From sequence record MN781580: a DNA stretch of 64,000 bases. One strand, written 5' to 3'. The position numbers and the translations under genes are program-made. Positions within the stretch are counted from its first letter, which is position 1; each line of letters opens with the position of its first letter. Source of the DNA: Shigella phage KRT47. Of the stretch, positions 1 to 9,648 are shown in pieces. The notes beneath the pieces were generated by a model. It made no database searches. It saw only the letters and a program-made list of their open reading frames with translations, and had not been told where the DNA came from.

Positions 1-2178
1 TTAGGCCGCAAGGGCCTTCATAGTTTTAGCGATTTGGGAAACTTCATCATCACTTAAAGAGTTGCGATAACCGATGAAGTCGGAAACAATACGGAATTTC
101 TTGGTAAACTCAGCAACCATTTTATCACTGTTTTTTGAAGCATTATTTGATAATACATCAAAAAGATTAGTTACTGTCCAGATGTCATGACCGATGGTAC
201 CTTTTCCACCGTTGAAATATACGCCCCGCAATGAACTAACTATATTAGCGAGTCGTGTATATTCTTCAGAAACTTCATCTGTACTGAAGTACTTCATCAT
301 AAAATCTAGTTCAGGATACTTGATAATTTTATCAATATATCGTTGAGCTGAACTTGAATAACCTACATACTTATCATAATCTACATCATCAAAAGCATCT
401 ACATATAAATCACGCAAAGCTTCAAAAATACATTGGCACTGACCGAGTTCTTTTACCTTTTTCTGTAAAAGCGGACGAATAACATAAAATTCATTAATGC
501 CAATAAGATTAGCCATACGAATCAAAATATTCATAGATGGATGACAAAGTGATGTAGTACCATCCATAGAGAAAATATCAGAACGATGCATATACGCTAC
601 ATAACCAGTAATTTCATCTGCTTCTGACGTAAGTGTAAATAATTCCTCTTTTTCCCAACGCCCATCTTTAATTTCAAACTTAAATGCTGTAGCAGCTTTA
701 GGACGAGGAGCTTTACTTTTAACTACCTTTGGAATATAGCTTTTAACTAAAGCTTCAATTTCTGACAAATAATGAATGTTAACTTCATCACTTTCAAACA
801 TTGCCATAATATCAGGAAGCAAATCAATCTGCGATTCTACTTCTGGATTAATAAACAGAAGCCGCTCATTGTGATGAATATTCAAAGTGTTATTAAATTC
901 ACTATCATCTAACGCGCGTGCTAATCCACGGACAATATTAACACGATTTTTAGTATTATCAATAACAATATTAATTTTTGTCGTATTAATACCAAACAGA
1001 CGATAGCTTGACGCAACGGCTGAAGTTTCATGGCTTTGCTTAATGCGTTTCAGTCGAGGGTCAAGATTTACTTCATACACAACCCCTGCATTGCATAACT
1101 TACTGTCAGGTTCAAACATGCTCTGCATCTTTTTATATGACAGATTTTTAGTCGTAAATTTGACTGAATTGCTAATCATATAATCTCGAGCAGAATATCC
1201 CATCTTCATCAATTCACGGTATGTATGACGAGGAGATGTAGATTCTTTAAATCGTTTTACATCTTCATTAAATGCCTGCTCACTGAGCTCTTTAACACGC
1301 TCAATAATATTTTTACGAGTACGATCATCTAGTGAAAGGGCTTCGCGTGATGGAGCAATATCAAGTGAACCCATTGGAAACTTAATGTAATTCACTTCAT
1401 TGCGGATGCTTAACCAGTTACGGTCTCTAATAACACCATCAATAGGATAAACAATACCACCGTAGATAGCATACAATCCACCACGATCTGGCCAATATCT
1501 TTCTGGATTTACGCCGTAATAGTCATCAAAATCCGGAAAATAGTCAATTTCTCGGTCAAGACCATTAATGATAGCCAAATCTTTGAATGGTCGCATGATA
1601 TAAGAAACTTCATAAGCAAAGTTTCTAAAGTCTTTTTCTTCAACTGGAACTACGATTTCAATACCAGTTTTATCATTTGGACCCATTTCTTTTACGAATG
1701 TAGGTTTAATTTGTGGACCATCGCCATCCATGTAAGCTACATAACCACGAATTTCGCCTTTATGATATGAAGTAATACTAAATGTATCAGTATAACTAAA
1801 CGGAGATTTAGAACCTAAACCAAATCCGCCAATAAAGTCATTAGATTCAGCCTTAGATGAACTAAAGTATGAATTATACAACCCAGGAGAATTATCATCA
1901 CCTTGAATATCAAAATCGCTCATACCCGGACCAAAATCTCGACAAACAAATCGTGGATCTAATCGTCCTGGAACTTGAATGATAAATTTTTCAGGATTTC
2001 CATTAAGTGCATGAGCATCAATCATGTTAGTAATCAATTCACGGACTACTGCGCGAATCTTGTTTGTATACAAATCAGATGACAGAATTTTAAATACTTT
2101 AGGATTTGCTGCGATGCTAAATGCTTTTGATTTAGAACCATTGCCAAGAATTGTTTCTTTTTCAGTGGTGATAATCAT
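1..2178 (-). CDS. rIIA: rIIA protein, 725 aa; window begins at its stop codon
   Basis: Full ORF, ATG at 2176-2178 preceded by GAGGA; length and sequence match T4 rIIA as recalled. Confidence 0.9.
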   Translation of the reverse strand: MIITTEKETILGNGSKSKAFSIAANPKVFKILSSDLYTNKIRAVVRELITNMIDAHALNGNPEKFIIQVPGRLDPRFVCRDFGPGMSDFDIQGDDNSPGLYNSYFSSSKAESNDFIGGFGLGSKSPFSYTDTFSITSYHKGEIRGYVAYMDGDGPQIKPTFVKEMGPNDKTGIEIVVPVEEKDFRNFAYEVSYIMRPFKDLAIINGLDREIDYFPDFDDYYGVNPERYWPDRGGLYAIYGGIVYPIDGVIRDRNWLSIRNEVNYIKFPMGSLDIAPSREALSLDDRTRKNIIERVKELSEQAFNEDVKRFKESTSPRHTYRELMKMGYSARDYMISNSVKFTTKNLSYKKMQSMFEPDSKLCNAGVVYEVNLDPRLKRIKQSHETSAVASSYRLFGINTTKINIVIDNTKNRVNIVRGLARALDDSEFNNTLNIHHNERLLFINPEVESQIDLLPDIMAMFESDEVNIHYLSEIEALVKSYIPKVVKSKAPRPKAATAFKFEIKDGRWEKEELFTLTSEADEITGYVAYMHRSDIFSMDGTTSLCHPSMNILIRMANLIGINEFYVIRPLLQKKVKELGQCQCIFEALRDLYVDAFDDVDYDKYVGYSSSAQRYIDKIIKYPELDFMMKYFSTDEVSEEYTRLANIVSSLRGVYFNGGKGTIGHDIWTVTNLFDVLSNNASKNSDKMVAEFTKKFRIVSDFIGYRNSLSDDEVSQIAKTMKALAA

Positions 2179-2188
2179 AATTTCCTCA

Positions 2189-2392
2189 TTAATTCATATT
2201 ACGCTTAATAACTTCAGCAACTTCTAGTAGTTCATCTTTAGTTGCAGTGTCGGATTGAATTTTATCTCTAATATCTTTAAAGCGGTTTTTAAATTCTTCG
2301 GCTTCTCCCATATCGAAAAAGCGTTGAATGATTCTATATTCTCGATGAACTGCTTTATCAAAAAGTTCTAAATTTACTCTATATGATTTCAT
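2189..2392 (-). CDS. Small hypothetical protein, 67 aa (rIIA.1-like position)
   Basis: ATG at 2390-2392 with GAGG upstream; sits directly downstream of an early promoter. Confidence 0.55.
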   Translation of the reverse strand: MKSYRVNLELFDKAVHREYRIIQRFFDMGEAEEFKNRFKDIRDKIQSDTATKDELLEVAEVIKRNMN

Positions 2393-2417
2393 TTCAATAT
2401 CCTCATTTGCCCAATTA

Positions 2418-2447
2418 ATTATACCACATCCTTGTGGTAAAGTAAAC
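2418..2447 (-). promoter_or_regulatory. Early promoter, sigma70-like (-35 GTTTAC, 18-nt spacer, -10 TATAAT)
   Basis: Minus-strand GTTTAC at 2442-2447 and TATAAT at 2418-2423; overlaps the gene 39 stop. Confidence 0.6.
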
Positions 2448-4264
2448 TACTGGCTCATCCATTCTTTACGAAGGTCAGCATTATCTCCCATGAGCATTTC
2501 AAAAAGCTCTTTCCAATTCTCAGGAAGTTTAACAACATCATATACTGGATTTTGAATCATCTCACGATATTCAGATTTTTCCAAAGAGCCAAGTCCTTTA
2601 ATATAACGGATGCTATGTTTAGGTAGAGCATCTTTGGCACTCTCATATTCAGCGACTGTATAAAACCATTCTTGTTTTTTACCGACCTGAGCGATGATTA
2701 CAGGAGTTTTGACAAAGCGAATTCGTCCTTGCTCAAACAGTTCTGGCCAATTACTAAAAAATCCAAGAAGAGAAGGATAAATGCTTCCTAAACCATCATG
2801 GTCAGCATCGGTCATAATAGCAATATTATGATAATTCAAGTTTTCAGCTTTTTCACCAAGAACTAATCCAGTGATTGCGCAAATATCAAATAGTTCTTTG
2901 TTTTTAAGCATATCAGCATATGACATACCCCAACTGTTGAGAACTTTACCACGCAATGGATAACCACCGTGAAGTTCTTTATCACGAACATCAATAAGAT
3001 ATCCGATAGCCGAATCACCCTCGGTTAAGAACAATGTAGTATCAGCATCTTTACCGCACAGATTAGCTTTAATATGTTTATGAACCTTTGCCTTAGAAGC
3101 CTTTTTAGCTGCTTTAGTTTCAGCTGCTTTTTCTGCTGCCAATTTACGAGCTAGTGCAGCTTCAATAATTGGCATTAAAATTGCTTCATTATTTAAAATA
3201 GCGCGTGAAATCTTTTTAGCGTCAAGTTGAATATGACTACGGATTTCACCAAATGGAGAAGTCAAACGCTCTTTAGTTTGAGAATCAAATCGCATGTTTT
3301 TCATATCACGGACAAACATAACGATAGTCAAACATTCTTTGACACGTGCTTTAGTTACATCAATTTTGAACTTACGTTTGATTTGTGGAATAAGGTCTTC
3401 ACAAATATCATCCATAACACAGTCAATGTGATGGCCACCATTCTTAGTGTGAATGTTATTCACATAAGTTAATTGGCGAAATCCATCCGGTGAACGACCA
3501 ACCGCAATAGAACAATTTTCTTGTTCTTGAACAATAGCATGTTCATCATACTGTCGTGCATATTTCTTAAAATTGCCCTGAACCTTTTTACCATTAAAGG
3601 TAAATTGAATATCAGGATAAACAACAGCAAGTGTCTGGAGACGATCTAGTGTAATGTCAAGATAAACTTGGGACAGCTCATTAGTTTCAAATGACATAAA
3701 ATCTGGAATGAAAGTAACACGAGTTCCTTTCCATTTTCCAGGAATAGTTTCCCAGGATTTATTTTCCATGCCATTTGAACAACGAACTACAATATTATTT
3801 TGACCATCGCCAGTTTCACCGACAAACATCACAGAAAAAATGTTAGTTAAACTAGAACCAACACCATTCATACCACCGGTGACACGTTCTTTATCATCAC
3901 CAAAGTTACCACCCGCTTTTGGAATAGTCCAAGCAGCAACTGGACCAGGAATTTCTTCACCGGTAGGTGTTTTAACCATCGCTTGTGGAATACCGCGACC
4001 GTTATCTTCAACTGTTACCTGATTATTTTTAATGGTAACATTAATTTTATTCGCGAATTTAAACTTAGTACGAATACCTTCATCGACTGAGTTATCGATA
4101 ATTTCATCAATAAGCTTAACAAGACCAGGTACATACTGAACACTTTCCCATTTACCAAACAGAAAGCGCTCATGCATTTCATTAGCAGAAGAGCCAATGT
4201 ACATGCCACTACGCTTTTTGATATGTTCAATATCGCTCAGAATTTTAATTTCATTCTTAATCAT
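2447..4264 (-). CDS. 39: DNA topoisomerase II large subunit, uninterrupted GyrB-like protein (GHKL ATPase + TOPRIM), 605 aa
   Basis: GHKL ATPase motifs N-terminal, TOPRIM-like EGDSA motif C-terminal; ATG at 4262-4264 (track start is an upstream GTG). Confidence 0.9.
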   Translation of the reverse strand: MIKNEIKILSDIEHIKKRSGMYIGSSANEMHERFLFGKWESVQYVPGLVKLIDEIIDNSVDEGIRTKFKFANKINVTIKNNQVTVEDNGRGIPQAMVKTPTGEEIPGPVAAWTIPKAGGNFGDDKERVTGGMNGVGSSLTNIFSVMFVGETGDGQNNIVVRCSNGMENKSWETIPGKWKGTRVTFIPDFMSFETNELSQVYLDITLDRLQTLAVVYPDIQFTFNGKKVQGNFKKYARQYDEHAIVQEQENCSIAVGRSPDGFRQLTYVNNIHTKNGGHHIDCVMDDICEDLIPQIKRKFKIDVTKARVKECLTIVMFVRDMKNMRFDSQTKERLTSPFGEIRSHIQLDAKKISRAILNNEAILMPIIEAALARKLAAEKAAETKAAKKASKAKVHKHIKANLCGKDADTTLFLTEGDSAIGYLIDVRDKELHGGYPLRGKVLNSWGMSYADMLKNKELFDICAITGLVLGEKAENLNYHNIAIMTDADHDGLGSIYPSLLGFFSNWPELFEQGRIRFVKTPVIIAQVGKKQEWFYTVAEYESAKDALPKHSIRYIKGLGSLEKSEYREMIQNPVYDVVKLPENWKELFEMLMGDNADLRKEWMSQ

Positions 4265-4316
4265 CACTTATCCTCGTTTGGTTTCGGGAATATTATACTC
4301 CGGTAATCATAAAGCT

Positions 4317-4334
4317 AAAGGCCCGAAGGCCTTT
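4317..4334 (-). terminator. Stem-loop with UUCG tetraloop on minus-strand RNA
   Basis: Plus-strand aaaggcc-cgaa-ggccttt followed by T/A run, between the lipoprotein ORF and gene 39. Confidence 0.5.
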
Positions 4335-4594
4335 TATTTAAAACGAATAGTTGAATCCTTAAAGAACAGCCCAGAACATACTGTTCCTTCTACTTTCTGC
4401 CCGGTAGGTCCAATAGCACGAAATCCAGTATGTTGGAAATCATTTTCAGAGCAACCGAACCAGTTATATCCAGTGATTTCAATATTCGTAAAACCACTTG
4501 ATGATAAAATTTTAGTTGCATTATCAGCATCAGTACATCCTGCTAAAGACACTGCTAATACTAATGCTGCGATAGAACGATTAATATATTTCAT
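4334..4594 (-). CDS. Putative lipoprotein, 86 aa
   Basis: N-terminus MKYINRSIAALVLAVSLAGC has signal peptide plus lipobox (LAGC); ATG at 4592-4594. Confidence 0.55.
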   Translation of the reverse strand: MKYINRSIAALVLAVSLAGCTDADNATKILSSSGFTNIEITGYNWFGCSENDFQHTGFRAIGPTGQKVEGTVCSGLFFKDSTIRFK

Positions 4595-4598
4595 AATT

Positions 4599-4970
4599 TC
4601 ACTCAAATTTAATGGCTTGAAGAAGACTAATAATTCTCAAGCGACTTCTTTCATCTTTAACTGTAAAAGAAAGAGGGTCACCAGATTTCATAGTAATAGT
4701 ACATTCAAAATCAAAATCTTCTGTGACTTCTTCGAAGAAGTCAAATTCTTCAGCATAAATTAGAACATTACTCTGCATACTGTGAAGAATTTTTCCGTTA
4801 TTTCCAGACGCTGTACTAATCATCGTAACATTATGACCTTTCATATCTTCAACGATAAATTCGCTTGTAGATATTACAGCATTAATAGAACCATTCCTAT
4901 AAATAGCAGACATTAGATATTTCTTTTCTTCGCCTTCGCGAATACGATATTTCTTACCGATTTTAAACAT
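4599..4970 (-). CDS. Hypothetical protein, 123 aa
   Basis: ORF with ATG at 4968-4970 immediately after the stop of the upstream zinc-ribbon ORF. Confidence 0.5.
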   Translation of the reverse strand: MFKIGKKYRIREGEEKKYLMSAIYRNGSINAVISTSEFIVEDMKGHNVTMISTASGNNGKILHSMQSNVLIYAEEFDFFEEVTEDFDFECTITMKSGDPLSFTVKDERSRLRIISLLQAIKFE

Positions 4971-4972
4971 AA

Positions 4973-5149
4973 TCACCCTTTAAGTAAGTCGTAAAATCCG
5001 CCATTCACATGCTTAGGAGCAGAAGCCCGACGAGTAGACAAACGATGACATTTAGGGCAAACATCATTTTCTCGTTCAGAAATCTTTTTAATTTTTTCAT
5101 ATTCATGCCCGCAATCTTCGGATTGGCATTTATAATCATACATTGGCAT
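4973..5149 (-). CDS. Small zinc-ribbon protein, 58 aa (not in ORF track)
   Basis: Hand-translated MPMYDYKCQSEDCGH...CPKCHRLS with two Cys pairs; AAGGA SD before ATG at 5147-5149. Confidence 0.5.
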   Translation of the reverse strand: MPMYDYKCQSEDCGHEYEKIKKISERENDVCPKCHRLSTRRASAPKHVNGGFYDLLKG

Positions 5150-5151
5150 AA

Positions 5152-5577
5152 TTATTCCTTAAAATGAGCTTTCAGCATCTGATACAAGGACCATGCCTGT
5201 TCATTATTTTCAATAGTAACTTTCATGACAGGAAATTCTGTGAAATCTTCTATTTGTTCTTGCTCTTGCTCTTCCTGCTCTTGCTCTTCAGCTGCCTGAT
5301 ATGGATTTTCCACTTCATCAAAGAACTCAGCTTCGTTAGTAGAGAGCCAGATAAAGTTTTCGTCAAGGATATCACCATGTGTTGCATATCCAATTGTGCC
5401 AGTAAATGACATAATTTTAGTAGGACGACCAAGATGGTCAACATCTAAAATTTTAAAAGGATGCATACCTAAACGTCGTGCATAAATTCCGTTATCAGTA
5501 TGGTCTTTAATAAAAGCTTCTTGAGCTTGTTTATTTTTAAATTGATACCATTTATTAACTTCAAATTTAATAGCCAT
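5152..5577 (-). CDS. Hypothetical protein with acidic EQ-repeat tract, 141 aa (possibly goF-like by size and position)
   Basis: ATG at 5575-5577 overlapping upstream stop; identity to T4 goF not verified. Confidence 0.55.
   Translation of the reverse strand: MAIKFEVNKWYQFKNKQAQEAFIKDHTDNGIYARRLGMHPFKILDVDHLGRPTKIMSFTGTIGYATHGDILDENFIWLSTNEAEFFDEVENPYQAAEEQEQEEQEQEQIEDFTEFPVMKVTIENNEQAWSLYQMLKAHFKE
5257..5289. repeat. Imperfect hexanucleotide repeat (CTCTTG/CTGCTC) encoding the [12 protein letters not shown] tract
   Basis: ttcttgctcttgctcttcctgctcttgctcttc read directly from the sequence. Confidence 0.6.
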
Positions 5578-5792
5578 TAATAAATTTCCTTCCAGTAAGT
5601 TGTGCCATCTTCAGTAATTTCACGAAATACACCGTAAATTGGTTGTTTATCACCAACCTTTTCATACACATAAACCGAAGTCAAGTGAGTAAACTTGATG
5701 GTGTGTTCCTTTTGAACCACTACCAAATCTGGGTCAAATAATACATCTTCAAATTCGTCATTAGTGCAATTCTGAACAATTTTACGTTTCAT
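5577..5792 (-). CDS. Small hypothetical protein, 71 aa (cef-like size and position)
   Basis: ATG at 5790-5792 with GAGGAAA SD. Confidence 0.5.
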   Translation of the reverse strand: MKRKIVQNCTNDEFEDVLFDPDLVVVQKEHTIKFTHLTSVYVYEKVGDKQPIYGVFREITEDGTTYWKEIY

Positions 5793-5805
5793 TACAATTT
5801 CCTCA

Positions 5806-6075
5806 TTAATTGAACAGTGGAGCGATGCGTTTCAGAAGAGTAGCAGCACCTTTGGCGAATTTTACATCATGAAAAACAGTTTCTTCTTCCGTTACAACAC
5901 GAGCTTTAATGTTTTCACAATCCCAATTTTTGCGAACAATCTTCAAAAGCTGCAGTAAATCTTTACATTCAGCAATATCGATAACACATCCACGAGAATC
6001 TTCCATTATCGCACGATAACCGTAAGCCATACCATAATCATTGAAAGATTGCTCGATGATAATTAAATTTTCCAT
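5806..6075 (-). CDS. Hypothetical protein, 89 aa
   Basis: ATG at 6073-6075 with GGAG SD (track extends to an upstream TTG). Confidence 0.5.
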   Translation of the reverse strand: MENLIIIEQSFNDYGMAYGYRAIMEDSRGCVIDIAECKDLLQLLKIVRKNWDCENIKARVVTEEETVFHDVKFAKGAATLLKRIAPLFN

Positions 6076-6182
6076 TTTATTCTCCAAGTTGTTTTCTGTA
6101 TCAGTAGTTGATATTGATATAGTACCATAATCAACTACTGATGTATATAGTTTTATGAAAAAATTTTAAACTTTATGCAAAT

Positions 6183-6602
6183 TTATGCTAAAGCTGCTTC
6201 GCACCATTTTTTAATTTGGAATTCAGGAACTACCATGAACTGGCCTGCAAAAACAATATTGTAGAGCTTGACACCATCTTCTACCCAACGGTCCGAAATA
6301 AAACCAGCGACTTGATTCGTTGTCCATGGAGTTCCATCTGTTGCCGCCGCAATTGTGAATTTATGGTCTTTTACAACTAAAACTGAAGAACAAAGTTTCC
6401 ATTTAAATGCGCTTTCTTCTGGCTCAATGAACTGACTTGAGACATAACCGATGTTACCATCAGCGTCACGAACTTTAACCTCGTTACGACCAAAAACTGG
6501 ATCACTTACAGAAAGAACTTCAACCAGCTTTCCTGCAACTTTAGAACGAGAAGCAACGGATACATATACGTAATCACCAGTAGAGAGATTTACAATATTC
6601 AT
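6183..6602 (-). CDS. Hypothetical protein, 139 aa; member of a tandem paralog trio
   Basis: ATG at 6600-6602 with AAGGA SD; C-terminal motif shared with the 6612 and 7158 ORFs. Confidence 0.6.
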   Translation of the reverse strand: MNIVNLSTGDYVYVSVASRSKVAGKLVEVLSVSDPVFGRNEVKVRDADGNIGYVSSQFIEPEESAFKWKLCSSVLVVKDHKFTIAAATDGTPWTTNQVAGFISDRWVEDGVKLYNIVFAGQFMVVPEFQIKKWCEAALA

Positions 6603-6611
6603 AATAATTCC

Positions 6612-7085
6612 TTAAGCTTTACGAGGAGAAGCATAACGAGTGATTTCAGATTCTTCAACAACCCGGAAGTCACCTAAGAATACGATATTGTAGAGCTTTT
6701 CACCATCTTCAACCCATTGGTCTGTGATGAAGCCACACATCCTATCAGTTTTACTTGGACCAGCGAAATCATCAATATAATCGAATTCTTCATCAGTTAC
6801 AAATTCAACGCCTTTACACAACGCCCATTTAAATTGTGCATTAGACTCAGTGGATTCAACTTCTTCAACAGAAGCAAAATGAGAGCTAACACGAGTTTCC
6901 AGAAATTTAGGACTTACGTAAGCGTACTGAGTTTCAGTTTTTCCAGAACTAGGAATGATTCGAACTTTAACTTCTATAACACGACCAGTACCATTAGTAC
7001 GAAGTCCTACCACTTCAACTAGACGACCTGCAGCTTTAGAACGAGATGCAGACGATACACGCTTAATTTCACCGATAGTAATCAT
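6612..7085 (-). CDS. Hypothetical protein, 157 aa; paralog of the 6183 and 7158 ORFs
   Basis: ATG at 7083-7085; shares N-terminal SRSK.AG.LVEV and C-terminal TDQWVEDG..LYNIVF motifs. Confidence 0.6.
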   Translation of the reverse strand: MITIGEIKRVSSASRSKAAGRLVEVVGLRTNGTGRVIEVKVRIIPSSGKTETQYAYVSPKFLETRVSSHFASVEEVESTESNAQFKWALCKGVEFVTDEEFDYIDDFAGPSKTDRMCGFITDQWVEDGEKLYNIVFLGDFRVVEESEITRYASPRKA

Positions 7086-7157
7086 AATTTTTCTCTCTTT
7101 GTTGTTAAGATTTATTCTCCATGAGAGCCATTATAACAGGCTCTCTATAAAGTAAAC

Positions 7158-7652
7158 TTAATTAAGGATATTAATTACTGCACTACGTGGAACTACACTA
7201 AAATCACCTGCATGAACAACGTTCAGAAGTTCAACACCGTCTTCAATCCACTGATCAGTTACCCATCCACTCACTGGACCTGCGAACGGACGTCGAATTG
7301 AAACAGCTTTACACAACAAATCAGTAGGCTCAATAGGCTTAACCAGAGTACCGTACATACAAGCGATATCCATATCAATACAGATGTCTTTAACGGGTTC
7401 TACTTCTTCAATCAACAGTTCAAAGTCGGTGCTTGGAAGGGCGGTAGTAGAAATTGTACCGTATGAATTTTTAATTTCTAAGAATAACCAAGGGCCTTCA
7501 GCTTGTTTGATGAAGTTAACAATAGTGAAACTATTACCTTGAGTGGCGCCTAAAATTTCACAAAACTTTTCATAAGCTCGCACTGAAGCACCATACCAGT
7601 TGATTTGCTTTTCGTCTTTCAGGATGTAAGTAGCTGTAGTACTGATATTCAT
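7158..7652 (-). CDS. Hypothetical protein, 164 aa; paralog of the 6183 and 6612 ORFs
   Basis: ATG at 7650-7652 with AAGGGG SD; C-terminal WVTDQWIEDGVELLNVVHAGDF motif. Confidence 0.6.
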   Translation of the reverse strand: MNISTTATYILKDEKQINWYGASVRAYEKFCEILGATQGNSFTIVNFIKQAEGPWLFLEIKNSYGTISTTALPSTDFELLIEEVEPVKDICIDMDIACMYGTLVKPIEPTDLLCKAVSIRRPFAGPVSGWVTDQWIEDGVELLNVVHAGDFSVVPRSAVINILN

Positions 7653-7664
7653 GATGTTTTCCCC

Positions 7665-8168
7665 TTAATCTAAGGTAATAAAGCCTTTTAATTCGGCATG
7701 TGACTTGCGGAACATTACTTGATGACCGCCAATGATAACTTGGTCATCAGGTACTTCGTATACAGCGAGATAAAATCCTTTAGAAGCTAATTCTTCACGC
7801 TCTTCTCGTGTGAACCATCTCATCATATCATATTCGCTAGCGAAAGCAAAATGATAAAGAGCTATAAACCATCCTGGAATATAGTGATCTACGCCTACAT
7901 ATTCTTCTTTCTCAAAATTAGTATTAATTGCTATATTAGCATTTTTAACTAATAATTTGTCTTCGCGCGGAAGAGGAATTCTTTTGTTATCATTACTATG
8001 ATGCATAAAATTAGGTCTATCATAACCTACGTGTAATAACCACTCTTCGCTCCATGAATCTATTATACTCCTGTATGGCGTTATTTGAACACAAAGATTT
8101 CGACGTATTGTTATAGCATCTTCACAATTAAGAATACTAAAAGATGATTCAACACGATAAATTTTCAT
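7665..8168 (-). CDS. Hypothetical protein, 167 aa
   Basis: ATG at 8166-8168 with GAGGAT SD, downstream of an early promoter; track start is an upstream TTG. Confidence 0.55.
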   Translation of the reverse strand: MKIYRVESSFSILNCEDAITIRRNLCVQITPYRSIIDSWSEEWLLHVGYDRPNFMHHSNDNKRIPLPREDKLLVKNANIAINTNFEKEEYVGVDHYIPGWFIALYHFAFASEYDMMRWFTREEREELASKGFYLAVYEVPDDQVIIGGHQVMFRKSHAELKGFITLD

Positions 8169-8195
8169 TTTATTATCCTCAGTAGCTATGGTGTT

Positions 8196-8225
8196 ATAAT
8201 ACCACAACTAACCGAGGAAGTAAAC
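8196..8225 (-). promoter_or_regulatory. Early promoter (-35 GTTTAC, -10 TATTAT)
   Basis: Minus-strand GTTTAC at 8220-8225, 18-nt spacer, TATTAT at 8196-8201. Confidence 0.5.
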
Positions 8226-8231
8226 AACTTT

Positions 8232-8915
8232 TTATCGTTTTGTTGGAAGAGACAGAGGATCGCACTCTTCCTCTGACGGAGCATCTTCAAGACCCATAGC
8301 ATAGCGCAAAGCATACTTCATCATCAGGATGTCTTTCGCACAGTCATGAATAGAATCATGTGCAACGAATCCATCTAAAGTTCCCTTTGGAAGAGGACAT
8401 GTAGTCATATCACGAACAAGCAGAAGTGCTTCAATTCTGGTACGAATATCACGCTGATTCCAGAATTTACAAGGTTCTAACTTAAATGTATCAAGCTCAT
8501 TCTCGGAAACGCCGTTAAGACGTTGAATATCGCGAATGAGATCAACTAAAATAGGAAAATCAAACGACATTCCACGGCACCAACCTTGAGATTTCCAAGG
8601 ATCGATGTTATGTGCATTGATGTAATCATTAAATTTTGCAATACCATCGATAATGCTTACATCTTCATCGGATGGTGCAATATTTTTTCGAGCTTCAGGA
8701 GACTGATTTTTCCACCATTCGATAGTGCTTTTAGTAAAAAGACGATGTCCTTTTTGGCTTTTTAAATCAAATTTGATTTTAATGCCACGTGAAACTAATT
8801 CATCAAATGTTTCAACTACTTCTGGGTTAGGGTCAAAAGCAATTACAGCCAAATCAATAACAGCTGCTTTTTCACCGCTTCCCATTGTTTCAAAATCTAT
8901 AATAAAATCAAACAT
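8232..8915 (-). CDS. dexA: Exonuclease A (DnaQ-like 3'-5' exonuclease), 227 aa
   Basis: N-terminal DFET exonuclease motif; size and synteny match T4 dexA. Confidence 0.8.
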   Translation of the reverse strand: MFDFIIDFETMGSGEKAAVIDLAVIAFDPNPEVVETFDELVSRGIKIKFDLKSQKGHRLFTKSTIEWWKNQSPEARKNIAPSDEDVSIIDGIAKFNDYINAHNIDPWKSQGWCRGMSFDFPILVDLIRDIQRLNGVSENELDTFKLEPCKFWNQRDIRTRIEALLLVRDMTTCPLPKGTLDGFVAHDSIHDCAKDILMMKYALRYAMGLEDAPSEEECDPLSLPTKR

Positions 8916-9157
8916 TAAATTTTCCTCGCTAAATCACGAATTTGACCTACAGTATAGTCTTGAATATAAACTTTATTGATAGGCTCATCAATAAATTTTG
9001 CCATAGATTCAATGTCTTTTTGTATTTCTTCAAGACTGTATACTATCTTTAAAGCTTTTTCGCGAATAGTAATATTTTCAGGACCCTGATTTTCTTCAAT
9101 GACAGCTTTAACATTTGTCATAAGAGATTTAAATTGGTACCAACTTAATTCAATCAT
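8915..9157 (-). CDS. Small hypothetical protein, about 80 aa
   Basis: ATG at 9155-9157 has a GAGG SD (track ATG at 9172 has none); paralogous to the next ORF. Confidence 0.45.
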   Translation of the reverse strand: MIELSWYQFKSLMTNVKAVIEENQGPENITIREKALKIVYSLEEIQKDIESMAKFIDEPINKVYIQDYTVGQIRDLARKI

Positions 9158-9395
9158 TAATAATCGCCTCATAAAGATAGCTAATTTCGCCTAAAACATA
9201 ATCACTGATTGTGACAGTTTTCACTTCACCGCAAAAGAATTCTAACGCAATTAAATCTCGTTCAATTTCTTCTAATTGAAGCATCAACTTACTAGATTCA
9301 ATTTTTACAGTTTCACGATTTTTACCATGAGCAATTTCATAAATTTCACTCACTTTATCTTGAAGCAGATAAAACTGGTCTTTAGTTATTTCCAC
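9150..9395 (-). CDS. Small hypothetical protein, about 81 aa, probable GTG start
   Basis: GTG at 9393-9395 preceded by GAGGAAG; shares LEEI..D and DY..G motifs with the 8915 ORF. Confidence 0.45.
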   Translation of the reverse strand: MEITKDQFYLLQDKVSEIYEIAHGKNRETVKIESSKLMLQLEEIERDLIALEFFCGEVKTVTISDYVLGEISYLYEAIIND

Positions 9396-9642
9396 GAATA
9401 GCTTCCTCAAATTTAATCAGCAGCTTACAGACACTTTCATCTAGCGTAATTACCGTGTCTGTATTACTGTGATATGATTGTTTTTCAATTCGTTTAATTG
9501 CTAGTATAGTATCACTTATAAGATTAAGCTTATAAAGGAGCTCAGCTCCTGTTATCATAACACTGAGGTTATCTTGCTTATCAGTATGCTTCTTTATACC
9601 ATCTATTAGACGATTTAAATATTTTGAATTGATGTTAATCAT
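9382..9642 (-). CDS. Small hypothetical protein, 86 aa
   Basis: ATG at 9640-9642 with GAGGA SD. Confidence 0.5.
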   Translation of the reverse strand: MININSKYLNRLIDGIKKHTDKQDNLSVMITGAELLYKLNLISDTILAIKRIEKQSYHSNTDTVITLDESVCKLLIKFEEAIRGNN

Positions 9643-9648
9643 ATATCC

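Noticed and set aside
2024-2227. Plus-strand 67-aa ORF in the track
   Set aside because: Lies antisense within rIIA and rIIA.1, has no SD, and its low-complexity composition is typical of antisense reading of AT-rich coding DNA.
3227-4763. Several plus- and minus-strand track ORFs inside or antisense to gene 39 and its neighbours (3227-3472, 3840-4022, 4015-4230, 4197-4763)
   Set aside because: All overlap the strongly supported gene 39 ORF or the downstream genes in other frames; no independent start signals.
6119-6148. Candidate early promoter upstream of the 89-aa ORF
   Set aside because: A -10-like TACTAT is present but the -35 position reads ATATAC instead of GTTTAC; appears to be a degenerate copy of the promoter cassette.
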